Virus record (IMG/VR): IMGVR_UViG_3300005077_000420 | Location: 1 to 56,611 of that record | DNA length: 56,611 nt | Direction: 5' to 3' (one strand) | DNA from: a virus | Taxonomy: Duplodnaviria; Caudoviricetes | Shown: positions 19,274-29,805 of the stretch, piece by piece | Numbering within the stretch: position 1 is the first letter of the stretch | Layout: every line of letters starts with the position of its first letter | Made by a program: the position numbers and the translations under genes | The notes under the pieces: generated by a model | Seen by the model: the letters and a program-made list of their open reading frames with translations, nothing else | What the model was told of the DNA's origin: nothing | Database searches by the model: none

Positions 19274-20403
19274 TATTTATTATCCCATTTTTTTACTAAA
19301 GTTATTACTTTATCTATTTCTGAATTTGATAAATCATAATGAATTGGTAATAATATTACATCATCATCTGCTTTTTCAGTATTAATTAAATCTTTATTAA
19401 TACCACCAAATATTTTATATTTATCATTACGTCTATTATTTACAACTACTTGAATTCCATTATTCCACATATATTTAGCAAAATTAAATCTATCTTCTAC
19501 ATGAATTGGAAAAATTTGATAATTTGGCTCTCTATCATTATAATAACATAATGTTTTTATTTTTTTACAATCTGATAATTCTTTTCTATATATCTGTCCA
19601 ATTTCTTTACGTCTTAAAAATGGAGTATCAAAATTATTTATAGCCGCAATTGCTAATGATGCAACAATATCATTCATATTATATTTAAATCCTAATACAT
19701 CTATTTCATCTGGAAGAGGATCAAAAAATAAATTATTTTGTTTTTTATCTCGATCTACACCAAACCATACTTTCTTTTTTAATCTATCATAATATTCAGA
19801 ATTAGATGTTGCAATTATACCACCATCACCACAAGTTACTATTTTTATTGATTGCAATGAAAATGCCGCCAATTCACTATCTTCTCCAATATATTCTCCT
19901 TTATATTTTGAACCAAGTGCATGACATGAATCTTCAATAATAGGTATATTATACATTTCTCCTATTTTTCGTATTTTATCTAAATCTACTGGATTTCCAG
20001 CATAATGAACAACTACAATTGCTTTTGTTTTTTTTGTAATTTTAGAATATATACTATTAGGATCAATATTTAAATCATCATATTTTATATCAGCAAAAAT
20101 TGGAGTTGCACCTTGCTCTAAAATTGCAGTATTAGTAGCTATAAATGTATATGGTGTAGTAATTACTTCATCGCCATTAGTTATATTGAGCATAGAATAT
20201 ATAGTTCGTAATGATGAAGTTCCAGAATTTGTTGCTATACAATATGCAATATTAAATTTATTTTTAAATACTTCTCTAAATTCTAATTCATTAGAACCTG
20301 TATTAAGCCATCTTGATTCTAATACTTTTATAACTCTATCAATAGCTTCATCTGGAACATAAACACCCCAAGTTCTTAATTTATTAAGATCATAATCTTT
20401 CAT
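19273..20403 (-). CDS. DegT/DnrJ/EryC1/StrS sugar aminotransferase
   Basis: NSGTSS, EDSCHALG and FSLQSIKIVTCGDGG (catalytic Lys present). Confidence 0.9.
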   Translation of the reverse strand: MKDYDLNKLRTWGVYVPDEAIDRVIKVLESRWLNTGSNELEFREVFKNKFNIAYCIATNSGTSSLRTIYSMLNITNGDEVITTPYTFIATNTAILEQGATPIFADIKYDDLNIDPNSIYSKITKKTKAIVVVHYAGNPVDLDKIRKIGEMYNIPIIEDSCHALGSKYKGEYIGEDSELAAFSLQSIKIVTCGDGGIIATSNSEYYDRLKKKVWFGVDRDKKQNNLFFDPLPDEIDVLGFKYNMNDIVASLAIAAINNFDTPFLRRKEIGQIYRKELSDCKKIKTLCYYNDREPNYQIFPIHVEDRFNFAKYMWNNGIQVVVNNRRNDKYKIFGGINKDLINTEKADDDVILLPIHYDLSNSEIDKVITLVKKWDNK

Positions 20404-20418
20404 AAATCTCCTTTATAT

Positions 20419-21357
20419 TTAATATGGATATATTGATTTATAATAATTTATTGTTTCATCTAATGATTGATCAAAATCAATAAATTTAAATGAAGGAAAT
20501 TTTTCTTTAAATTTATCAGTATTCATTATTTTATATGGTACTCCATCTTGTTTTGATGTATCATATTGATAATTAGTATAATTTAATTTTTTACTTAATA
20601 TTCTTACAATAGTTTTTACTGATAATGTATTACCAGAAGATATATTAACATCTTGAAATTCATTTAAATCTGCACCCATATATATTTCATTTAACATATA
20701 TAATAATATATTAGCAAAATCTTTAACAAATAACCATTCTCTAACTGGATTTCCACTTCCCCATATATTAATCATTGAATTTTCATTTTTAGATTTAACA
20801 AATTTACTAATTAATGCATTAAAAGCATGAGTTTTATTTGGATCAGTAGAATCATATTTTCCATACATATTTGGAACAAATAAATTTATACTTTTCATTT
20901 TATACTGCATATTATAACACTGAGAAACTGTATATAAAAATCGTTTTGAAGTTCCATATGACAACACAGATTTATGAACATTACCATCCCAAAATTCTTG
21001 TTCATTATATACATCTTTATTTCCAGGATATGCACAATTAGCAATTGGATTAATTATTATTCCTTTAATCTTAATTCGTTCTAATATATAATACAAATTT
21101 AAATCTATTAAAGCATTATTTCTTATTATATCTGCGGCATAATCTGTTGCATAATTTAAACTTCCTACATCTGCGGCACAATGTATAATAAAATCCGAAT
21201 CAGCTATTGTTCTTGTTGCAAATTCAGAACAATTCATAGTTAATAAATCAAATTGATTTCGTCTGGAAAATGAATATATTTCATGATTATAATTACTAAA
21301 TACTTCTACTATATTTGATCCAACAAAACCATTACCACCAATTACTGAAATTTTCAT
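20419..21357 (-). CDS. GDP-fucose/colitose synthase-like epimerase-reductase (Fcl/ColC)
   Basis: GGNGFVG, AADVG, YGTSK, PNMYG..D, WGSGNPVREWLFV and DGVP.K. Confidence 0.8.
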   Translation of the reverse strand: MKISVIGGNGFVGSNIVEVFSNYNHEIYSFSRRNQFDLLTMNCSEFATRTIADSDFIIHCAADVGSLNYATDYAADIIRNNALIDLNLYYILERIKIKGIIINPIANCAYPGNKDVYNEQEFWDGNVHKSVLSYGTSKRFLYTVSQCYNMQYKMKSINLFVPNMYGKYDSTDPNKTHAFNALISKFVKSKNENSMINIWGSGNPVREWLFVKDFANILLYMLNEIYMGADLNEFQDVNISSGNTLSVKTIVRILSKKLNYTNYQYDTSKQDGVPYKIMNTDKFKEKFPSFKFIDFDQSLDETINYYKSIYPY

Positions 21358-21373
21358 TTTTCATACTCACTTT

Positions 21374-22081
21374 CTATATAATTTCTTTTATTTTCATTTC
21401 ATTAATAATATTAGTATCTAAATATCTTGGATCATTTATATAATGAAAATTTAATGGAGCAGTTAAATTTCCTTTTCTAACTGCTTGAGTTTGATGTATT
21501 GCATATTCACGATATGAAGATATTATTTTCCATCCATCATTTAATGCTCTTTGAGACCCAATAATTTCATAATCATGTGGACTATAATTGTCCTCTAAAT
21601 ACTTTAAAAAATAATTTTTGTTCCATATACACCATAATAAAGATAAACGATATTCAGTATTTTGCCAATTTTCAATTATATCATAATCATCTAACCTTTC
21701 AATAATATCAAATGATCTATTTTTATTATCTGTTGTTAAACCTATTCGACCAACCATATCTTTTTTAGTATATAATAATAAATGATTTAATACTTTCATA
21801 TTTACATAATCAACAATGAAATGATCTTCAACTGTATATATAAAATATTCATCATTAATAGAACTGAAAAATTTTTTTAAATCAGTTGACCAAGATTTTA
21901 CTCCACCTTCTTGTTTTCCCATTGATATAAATTCAAAATTATTTAGCAATTTAAATTTTGGATAATCATATCCTAAAATAATCACTTTAATATCAGATGA
22001 CCAAAATTTATTAAATAAATATGAAAATGGTTGTACTAAATGAATATATTGATTTGCTGTAGAAATATATATATTTAGCAT
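21374..22081 (-). CDS. putative glycosyltransferase-like protein
   Basis: WSTDL, YTVEDHF and IWNKNYF; cluster context. Confidence 0.45.
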   Translation of the reverse strand: MLNIYISTANQYIHLVQPFSYLFNKFWSSDIKVIILGYDYPKFKLLNNFEFISMGKQEGGVKSWSTDLKKFFSSINDEYFIYTVEDHFIVDYVNMKVLNHLLLYTKKDMVGRIGLTTDNKNRSFDIIERLDDYDIIENWQNTEYRLSLLWCIWNKNYFLKYLEDNYSPHDYEIIGSQRALNDGWKIISSYREYAIHQTQAVRKGNLTAPLNFHYINDPRYLDTNIINEMKIKEII

Positions 22082-22085
22082 AATT

Positions 22086-22865
22086 TTACCTCTTATTTTT
22101 TCCTATCCAAATTCCATCAATAGCATTTATTGATATATCAGTAATAAAATTTATATCAAAATATTCTAATAATCGTTTAATCATGTGAGGTTTTATATTT
22201 TTATCACTGACATTTGATCTAATATAAATATTATTAGAATTTTTAATAAAATTATCCATATAAAAATCAAATCCATTTATATTAAATTCTGTTAAAGCAT
22301 AACTACTTATAATAAGATCAAATGATTGTTGTTGATAATCATTTAATGTTTGAAAAAAAACATTTTTTAATTGAAATTCATTAACATATTTTTTAACTAA
22401 TTCAATAACATTAGGTAAATCAATAAATGTATATGATTTCCAATTAATAAAATTAGATAATGTTACTGCTTGACCACCATAACCACCACCAATTTCTAAT
22501 ATATTTTTATTATTCATATTCTCAAAATTATTAACAATTTCAAAAGAAGATAAAATATATCTAAGTGTTGTTGGCGAAATTTGTCCAAATTCAGTATCAA
22601 TAGTTTTTGGACTTCCAACAGTATCATTATATTTTAATTTATTTATATCATATAATTCATATTTATATTGTTTTATGCCATTTATTAATGTTTTACATAA
22701 AGATATTGCATCTCTATCATTATCACATCCAATAATATCACAAAAATCTTTATTTTGTTTAAAATCATTAAATAAAACATTATTATTATTTAATAATATA
22801 TTATCAATAAATTTTAAATAATTATACGAAACTGTATATCCATTCCAATCTTCAATATTCATCAT
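22086..22865 (-). CDS. putative sugar O-methyltransferase
   Basis: TTLRY, ILEIGGGYGGQ, IDLP and SYALTE. Confidence 0.8.
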   Translation of the reverse strand: MMNIEDWNGYTVSYNYLKFIDNILLNNNNVLFNDFKQNKDFCDIIGCDNDRDAISLCKTLINGIKQYKYELYDINKLKYNDTVGSPKTIDTEFGQISPTTLRYILSSFEIVNNFENMNNKNILEIGGGYGGQAVTLSNFINWKSYTFIDLPNVIELVKKYVNEFQLKNVFFQTLNDYQQQSFDLIISSYALTEFNINGFDFYMDNFIKNSNNIYIRSNVSDKNIKPHMIKRLLEYFDINFITDISINAIDGIWIGKNKR

Positions 22866-22868
22866 TAT

Positions 22869-23609
22869 TTATCCTTTTATTAAAATTTGAGATAAAGAAT
22901 TTTTTAAATAATCTTTATTATCAGTAATTAATTTTATTTTTTTATTATATATTAAATCAAAAATTTCATAATCATCATTTTTTAATTGATTTTCATCAAG
23001 TATTTTAAAAAAATAATCAGTTGTATTTAATATTGGAAATCCTAAATTTTTATTTATAAAATTTTCTTTAACTGCAAATGGTTCAGAATTATTATCCATA
23101 TTTAATTTTGGTAACATATTTCTTTTAGCTCCATTACTATTATATGTAGGCCAATCATGAATCCACATAAGTGTACCAGATTTTAATTTAGGCAATACTT
23201 CAGTACAATACCATAATCCAAATTCATAACTATGATCTGAATCAATAAACATAAAATCACATTTTTCTATTTCACAATTAAATATTGTTTCTTTAACATC
23301 ACCTACAAATAATTTTCTTTTTATTTTTTCAGATTCAATATCATATATAGAACTATCTGATAATAAATCAAAACTATATATTTCACAAAAGTTATTTTGT
23401 TTTTTTACTGCATCAATTAATATTGATGATGTCCATCCTTTATATGGAGAAAATTCAATTATATATGATGGTTTAAATTTTCTTATTACACAATATAATA
23501 ATTTAGAATCAAATAATCCAAATGAATTCCCAAAATAATCATTTGGTAATTCATGATTAAATTCAATCAATGAATTTATAATTTTTTTAAACATATGTAA
23601 TTCCTTCAA
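22869..23609 (-). CDS. class I SAM methyltransferase (Methyltransf_24-like)
   Basis: KPSYIIEFSPYKGWTS, FIDSDHS and IHD. Confidence 0.75.
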   Translation of the reverse strand: MKELHMFKKIINSLIEFNHELPNDYFGNSFGLFDSKLLYCVIRKFKPSYIIEFSPYKGWTSSILIDAVKKQNNFCEIYSFDLLSDSSIYDIESEKIKRKLFVGDVKETIFNCEIEKCDFMFIDSDHSYEFGLWYCTEVLPKLKSGTLMWIHDWPTYNSNGAKRNMLPKLNMDNNSEPFAVKENFINKNLGFPILNTTDYFFKILDENQLKNDDYEIFDLIYNKKIKLITDNKDYLKNSLSQILIKG

Positions 23610-24627
23610 TATTTTTTAATAAATTATATAAATAAACTGTTCGATTTATAAAATTATTTTCTTTCAAATATATAGTTTTCATATTTTCAACATAATATTG
23701 TTGTAATTTATGAAAATTTAATATTATATAATTAATTTTTTCTTCAAGATCAATCCAATTCCAATTTAAAGAAATATATGTATTTTCATTATATATATTA
23801 GGAATAGTTTCAATATGATCCATATTATTCTTAAATAATATATTTCCAAACATTGCAGATTCTATATCTCTTGGAGCTATTTCACCGTATCCAAATGCGG
23901 CTATTACTATTTTAGAATCATACATCATTTGATAATAATCGTTTAATGAAACTCGTTTTCCATCTTTCATTTTTAAAATTTTGTATTTATTATCAAGTTG
24001 ATTAAGTTTTTTATGTAATCCACTTCTAAATTCATCATAAAAATCAGATTGTATTTCTTCATGCTCATATACAATTTTACCCATTGGATATTGAAAATAT
24101 GCCCAAATATCATATAATTTATTACTATCATAATTCATCCATTTAGGTTCTATAGTTGATAACCAATTATATCCACATAACTTCATTTTTGATAACATAT
24201 TATCTATATCAGGAATATTATATTTTCCACCATTTCCCCAATAAATTCTGCCAGTATTCCAATATTCTTTATATAAATCTTTATTTTTCAAATAATTTGT
24301 TTTTAAAAATAATTTACAATTTTTATCATTATATACATGTCTAAATACATCAATTGTTCCAATTAATGAACTCGAATCTTGTCCATCAATTATTATATAA
24401 TCTCCAGTTATATTTTTTAATTTATTTAATCCCCATTCTACTGATTCTTTAAGAGATTGTTTTTTATTAATTATAGATGCTTGACCAATTAATAAAAAAT
24501 CATAAGAAACAGCATCATATACAAACTCAATACCAACTTCTTTCATATAATTTTGTGCAAGTAAATATGGTCTATAAGTTGTTTCATTACGATGAATATC
24601 TGGTTCAAACAATTTTATTTTTATCAT
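23587..24627 (-). CDS. putative GT-B glycosyltransferase
   Basis: YYQMMYDSKIVIAAFGYGEIAPRDIE. Confidence 0.65.
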   Translation of the reverse strand: MIKIKLFEPDIHRNETTYRPYLLAQNYMKEVGIEFVYDAVSYDFLLIGQASIINKKQSLKESVEWGLNKLKNITGDYIIIDGQDSSSLIGTIDVFRHVYNDKNCKLFLKTNYLKNKDLYKEYWNTGRIYWGNGGKYNIPDIDNMLSKMKLCGYNWLSTIEPKWMNYDSNKLYDIWAYFQYPMGKIVYEHEEIQSDFYDEFRSGLHKKLNQLDNKYKILKMKDGKRVSLNDYYQMMYDSKIVIAAFGYGEIAPRDIESAMFGNILFKNNMDHIETIPNIYNENTYISLNWNWIDLEEKINYIILNFHKLQQYYVENMKTIYLKENNFINRTVYLYNLLKNIEGITYV

Positions 24628-25343
24628 TATAATTCATATCCCCACAATAATAAACTATTTTCAAATTTTTCTGTATAATATTCATGAAATTTTTTTGGAA
24701 TTACTTCTTTCCAATATCCAATATTACCGTTAACAATATGATGACCATGTATCATACTTAATGAATCCATTTGAGAAAAATTTTCCATAGAATTTGCTAT
24801 TTTTTTATTATTATTAACCGAAAACATAGCTTTCATAATATTTCGCACATCAAAAGAAATTTCATAATTAAAAAATAATGATATATTATCAAATATATAA
24901 TCATAATTATTATAAAAATCTTCATATTTTAGAAATAATATATTATCTTTTTTTATATTATTATTATTATATTCAATTTTTAATTTATTAAAATCTGATA
25001 ACTGATTTAAAAAACATATTGAATTTTTTATTAAATTATCAATATGCTTATATTTTGTAATATTAATAGAAAAATCAATTTCACCATTTTTACTTAATAT
25101 AGTTCGATATAAAGATATTAATACATCTCTAAAATCTCTATATGTTATTATATTTTTAGATTTATATGTTGCTGGATTATTATGATAATGATGATGTTTT
25201 TCAATTAATATTTCACTAAATAAATAATTTATAATTTGATATACTAATGTTGATCCTGTTCTTGCCATACTAACAATATTAATATGACGTGTACCAATTT
25301 TATTAACTAAATCATTATATAAATTTATATCAATTTTTTTCAT
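24627..25343 (-). CDS. PAPS-dependent sulfotransferase-like protein
   Basis: 5'-PSB SMARTGSTLV, 3'-PB YRDFRDVLIS, LKYEDF and GNIGYWK. Confidence 0.8.
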   Translation of the reverse strand: MKKIDINLYNDLVNKIGTRHINIVSMARTGSTLVYQIINYLFSEILIEKHHHYHNNPATYKSKNIITYRDFRDVLISLYRTILSKNGEIDFSINITKYKHIDNLIKNSICFLNQLSDFNKLKIEYNNNNIKKDNILFLKYEDFYNNYDYIFDNISLFFNYEISFDVRNIMKAMFSVNNNKKIANSMENFSQMDSLSMIHGHHIVNGNIGYWKEVIPKKFHEYYTEKFENSLLLWGYEL

Positions 25344-25966
25344 TTAATATTAGAATAATAATTATTTTGTTTTATTTGTTTATCTAATGATTTTATATGT
25401 TTAATAGCAATATATTCTGCAATATTAAAATCATGTGGTAATATTAATTCAGTTTTATAATCTTGTAATCTTTCATGAACTTTATTTTTCCATTTAATAT
25501 TATCATTATTTAAAAAAACTCGTTGTTGATAATCAGGATAATTTATCCAACCATACTGATTAATTGAATATCTAAATTTAATTGTCCATTCTTCAGTTAT
25601 TCCATTAACAATATTTATTCTCGGAAACCAAATACATTCTGGATAATTATTTGTTTCTATAATTTGTTTAATATTTTCCATAATATATTCTGTTGGAAAT
25701 TCATCTGCATCTAAATGAAATATATATTGTTTTTTACATAAACTTATTCCATAATTTTTAAATGATGCAAAATCTTCATTTAAAAAATATTTATTTATAT
25801 TAATATTATTATCATTTAAATATTTTTCCACTAATCCATCATTATTAGAATCTAATAATACAATTAATTGATCATCAATCATAATATATGGTTTAATAAA
25901 TGATATTAATTTTTGTAATTCATCAATTTCATTTTTTACAGTAATTAAAAATGACATATTAATCAT
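25340..25966 (-). CDS. GT2-family glycosyltransferase
   Basis: ITVKNE, DFASFKN, HLDADE, PRIN and VHE. Confidence 0.85.
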   Translation of the reverse strand: MINMSFLITVKNEIDELQKLISFIKPYIMIDDQLIVLLDSNNDGLVEKYLNDNNININKYFLNEDFASFKNYGISLCKKQYIFHLDADEFPTEYIMENIKQIIETNNYPECIWFPRINIVNGITEEWTIKFRYSINQYGWINYPDYQQRVFLNNDNIKWKNKVHERLQDYKTELILPHDFNIAEYIAIKHIKSLDKQIKQNNYYSNIK

Positions 25967-26462
25967 AACGTTCTATTCCTTCTTGAGAAGCAGGTGCAGT
26001 AGAAGATAAATCCATATCTTTAAATCTATAATCAATTAATTTAATATTAGTCATATTTTTTCTAATATATGTTCTATATGGAGATTCTCCTATATCAAAA
26101 TTTATTTTTATAAAAGGTTTTAATCTATTATAATAGAATTTTTCTGGATCAGCAATATCAGGTTTTAACAATGGCAATCTTAACTTTAATAATTTTTTAA
26201 TTTTTTCTCCAATAGTTTCTTTAACAATAGTATATAATTTTTTTAATACATCATCACTTAAATAATCTAAAGTAACTGCATGAAGTTTTCCTCTCCAATT
26301 TGGATTTAATACTAAAACTAAAGGTCTTTTTACATGTGCATAATCTCCAGTATAATTAAATCTAATAATTTGACCAGCTTGTATTTTTGTTAATACTGCA
26401 ATATGTTCTTTAATTACATTTCTATTATGAAAATTAAGCCAAGATTTATTACTTAATGACAT
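25959..26462 (-). CDS. conserved phage protein (possibly gp2 DNA end-protector-like)
   Basis: PLVLVL..LHAVTLDYL and PYRTY weakly recall T4 gp2. Confidence 0.3.
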   Translation of the reverse strand: MSLSNKSWLNFHNRNVIKEHIAVLTKIQAGQIIRFNYTGDYAHVKRPLVLVLNPNWRGKLHAVTLDYLSDDVLKKLYTIVKETIGEKIKKLLKLRLPLLKPDIADPEKFYYNRLKPFIKINFDIGESPYRTYIRKNMTNIKLIDYRFKDMDLSSTAPASQEGIERYD

Positions 26463-26477
26463 AAAAATTCTCCATAA

Positions 26478-26990
26478 TTATATTTTAAATGATTCATCAC
26501 TATTATCATGTAAATCATTAAATACAGAATATGATGGTTCATCTATAATAGCTCCTAATTTTTTTAATCCATCAAAAAATCTCGTAAATACAATATTATT
26601 ATAATAATTTAATTTTTTAGTATAAAATTTAGTGCTATTTGGCATAGGATAATTTATTTGTTGATCGTCTGGTATATCTTCCATAGGTATATAATTCCAC
26701 ACAATATTATCTCCTTGTAATTCTGGAAATAATATACCAATCGAAGGTACATTTATTACTGATAATATCCAATATATATTTCTTTCACTGTCCCATTTTT
26801 TAGTATCATAAATTAATTTAGGAGATTTTTTTAAATCTTTACAGTCTTGAGTAAATTTAGATGTCGAAGTATAACCACATTTTATACATAAATAACTTTT
26901 AGTATTTTCATCAACATCTTCTTCTAAAACTGTATTAGTGTGGCAAAAAGGACAATTAATTACTTTACCAAACAATGTTAAATTATCCAT
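26478..26990 (-). CDS. Zn-ribbon hypothetical protein
   Basis: CPFC...CIKCG. Confidence 0.65.
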   Translation of the reverse strand: MDNLTLFGKVINCPFCHTNTVLEEDVDENTKSYLCIKCGYTSTSKFTQDCKDLKKSPKLIYDTKKWDSERNIYWILSVINVPSIGILFPELQGDNIVWNYIPMEDIPDDQQINYPMPNSTKFYTKKLNYYNNIVFTRFFDGLKKLGAIIDEPSYSVFNDLHDNSDESFKI

Positions 26991-26991
26991 T

Positions 26992-28365
26992 TTAATCTCC
27001 TGTATTTATTTGTTTAAGTTTAGGTATTTTTATTATATTTGAAGATGGTATATTTTCTGCCGAATCAATTTTTTTCAGTTTAGGTAAATTTGGAAGATTT
27101 ATTGTAGAATTTGTACTTGGAAATGTAGGTAAATATTTATCTAATATTTTACCAAAATCGACAGTCATTCTATTTAAATTAAATTTTGATTTATTTATTT
27201 CAGATAATTTTAAAGAATTATTCTCATATTTATTATAATCTTTATATATATGTTTTATTGTTTCTATTGCATAATTATAATTAACAGTAAACCATTGCGA
27301 TTCTGGAATAATAACTTTATCCCAAACTGCACTTTTATGTACATTACTTAAATGTCCTGGAAGTAATACTGCCAATTCTTTACTTAAAAAATCTAAATGA
27401 CCACTCCATCCACTTGCTACAATTGGTTTTCCACTAATAGATGCTTCTAATAAAGGTCTACAAAAACCTTCTCCTTTTGAAAAATTAATATGAACTTTAA
27501 TTTTTGGATGATTATAAAGAGCATTCATTTCTTCATCTGTTAAATCACCATGAAGCAAATATATAGGAGGAAGATTTCCAGAAACAGTTTTCTTTATAGC
27601 ATGAATTTTATCTAAAATAGATTCACGATCCATTACAGAAAATGTAGCTCCAGATGTTTTTAATATTAATCCTGGAGGATTTGTTGTATTTCTAAATGCT
27701 TCTAAAAATGTTTTTATTAACATTGAAACATTTTTTCTATCTTCTCCAATATCTCCTTTTAACCAATGACCAACATATAAAAAATTAAAATGAGTATCAA
27801 CATTTTTCATTTCATTTACAATATTAAGAGGAAATTCATCTCCTTTATACATTTTTTTATAAACATCTGGATCAAATCCTTCAAATAAAATTTCAATAGG
27901 TTTTTCTACTTTTAATTGTCGAATAGGTTTATTTGTAACATTTTCTCTTTCTGTCCAAATTGTTTTTAAAAAAACATCTTTTGAATGTTTTGATGGTACA
28001 ATAACTAAATCCATTCTATTAATTCCATTAATCCAATCAGGAGAACACATTGTAGTTTCTATTCCTGCCGTAATTCCTATATTATATTTTCCAATAGGTT
28101 GAAATTCATTGGGAACACTAATATTAATATATATTTCTGGTTGTTTTGGTAATTGTGGAGAATTTAATAATCTATCAATAATAATTTTATCTTTTGGATT
28201 ATCCATTTTTAATACATTTCGTGGAGTTTCTCCCCATCTTAAATCCATTATTTTTATATCAAATTTATCAAGAGATATTAATGATCGAATTAAATCACGA
28301 GAATGATGACCATATCCACTTCTGGAAGATGCAGGACAAGATATTAACATTAATGGTTTTTCCAT
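26992..28365 (-). CDS. GT4-family glycosyltransferase
   Basis: SGYG, IVPSKH, DRKN and KGEGFCRPLLEA..SGKP. Confidence 0.88.
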   Translation of the reverse strand: MEKPLMLISCPASSRSGYGHHSRDLIRSLISLDKFDIKIMDLRWGETPRNVLKMDNPKDKIIIDRLLNSPQLPKQPEIYINISVPNEFQPIGKYNIGITAGIETTMCSPDWINGINRMDLVIVPSKHSKDVFLKTIWTERENVTNKPIRQLKVEKPIEILFEGFDPDVYKKMYKGDEFPLNIVNEMKNVDTHFNFLYVGHWLKGDIGEDRKNVSMLIKTFLEAFRNTTNPPGLILKTSGATFSVMDRESILDKIHAIKKTVSGNLPPIYLLHGDLTDEEMNALYNHPKIKVHINFSKGEGFCRPLLEASISGKPIVASGWSGHLDFLSKELAVLLPGHLSNVHKSAVWDKVIIPESQWFTVNYNYAIETIKHIYKDYNKYENNSLKLSEINKSKFNLNRMTVDFGKILDKYLPTFPSTNSTINLPNLPKLKKIDSAENIPSSNIIKIPKLKQINTGD

Positions 28366-28378
28366 ATTTTACTCCTAT

Positions 28379-28780
28379 TTATTCTTCTATTCTTTCTTCA
28401 TATATTTCACCAAGATTTAATTTTTCAATTTGTTCTTGTTGTTGTTTTTCACTATTTTGTATTTTTAAAATATATTCATCTAATATTTTTACTACATCTA
28501 TATCTTGTTCTTTTGCTTGTTTAATTATATAAAATTGAATATTATTAGTATATAAATTTTCTTCAACTTCATAAAATTTAATAACTTTTACATCCATTCC
28601 AAGTTGAGATTTTTCACTAATATCCATTACATAAGTAATAGATACATCAACATTTTGGGATATAGATTTTAAAACATCTTCTTTTTTTGTAATAATACGA
28701 TGTTTTTGAGCAATCATATCATAAAAATTAATTATATCAATTGAAGTATAAAATTGAAAATATTTTAAATAATCTGTCAT
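28379..28780 (-). CDS. hypothetical protein
   Basis: 133 aa ORF between two GT4 genes. Confidence 0.65.
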   Translation of the reverse strand: MTDYLKYFQFYTSIDIINFYDMIAQKHRIITKKEDVLKSISQNVDVSITYVMDISEKSQLGMDVKVIKFYEVEENLYTNNIQFYIIKQAKEQDIDVVKILDEYILKIQNSEKQQQEQIEKLNLGEIYEERIEE

Positions 28781-28782
28781 TT

Positions 28783-29799
28783 TTAATCCTTTCGTGAAAT
28801 TCCTGTATAATTTTCATAATTAAATTGTTTATTTGAATTTATAATTGTAAATCTTTTTTTTGGGGTAAAATTATTAAGTGTATAATCAATATAATTAATA
28901 AATAATTCTCCCATTTTATTTGCAGTCATATTATTTTCAATTAAATATTTTCGTCCACTTTTTCCACATTCTTTTCTTTCATCATGTCCTATATCATAAA
29001 ATTCTTTTATTTTTATTGCTACTTCTTGCCAATCAACACGATCATCAAATATATATGGAGTTGGAGGAGACCCTGCTAATGATCTATTATTAGGAAATAC
29101 TGGCTTTACCCATTTTCCACATTTTTTATATTTTTGATCATGATTTGATCCCCATTCTTCATTATAATGTTCTTTTTCACTAAGATATTTATTATTTTCA
29201 TCAACAAAACCACATTGATCTTGTAATCCACCAGTAACATTAACAATAATTGGAGTTCCAGACATTAAACTTTCAGCCGTAGATAATCCAAATCCTTCAT
29301 TTGAACTAATATTAATGGTAACATCAGCTATATTATACAAATAATTCATGTGTTTTGTTTCCAATTTATCAACTGAAAATATAATATTATCATCATCACA
29401 TAAAGCAGATTTAACCGCTCCAAGATCAGTTCCATTTTCATCTACAATATGAGTATGCATTATCATTAAAGTTCCTTTTCTCTGATCTTCCGATAACATC
29501 ATATTAAATTGATGAAATGATAATAAAATGTCTCCCACTGATTTTCTTCTAATATTTCTACTATTAAATAATATTATAAAATCATAAAAACGTCCATTTA
29601 AAATTTTATTTTTAAATTCTAACATCTCTTCAAATTCTGTTATTGAATATGTAGTATTATCTTTTTTTATTTCTAAAGTATTACCCTGTTCATTAATAGA
29701 TAATGGTTTAAAAAGAGTATGATCTATTCCATGTGGAATGTATTTTAAAAATAATTTATTATTTAACAATGGTTTATATTTTGGATTATTATTTGCCAT
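28783..29799 (-). CDS. GT4 glycosyltransferase, C-terminal part
   Basis: YIPHGID, RNIRRK and NEGFGLSTAESLMSGTP. Confidence 0.85.
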   Translation of the reverse strand: MANNNPKYKPLLNNKLFLKYIPHGIDHTLFKPLSINEQGNTLEIKKDNTTYSITEFEEMLEFKNKILNGRFYDFIILFNSRNIRRKSVGDILLSFHQFNMMLSEDQRKGTLMIMHTHIVDENGTDLGAVKSALCDDDNIIFSVDKLETKHMNYLYNIADVTINISSNEGFGLSTAESLMSGTPIIVNVTGGLQDQCGFVDENNKYLSEKEHYNEEWGSNHDQKYKKCGKWVKPVFPNNRSLAGSPPTPYIFDDRVDWQEVAIKIKEFYDIGHDERKECGKSGRKYLIENNMTANKMGELFINYIDYTLNNFTPKKRFTIINSNKQFNYENYTGISRKD

Positions 29800-29805
29800 G
29801 TATTT

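Noticed and set aside
11270-25966. Bacterial O-antigen or capsule locus (host contamination or chimera)
   Set aside because: Composition, strand and translational coupling are continuous with the phage genes, phage-type ORFs are interleaved, and no wzx/wzy/export genes are present.
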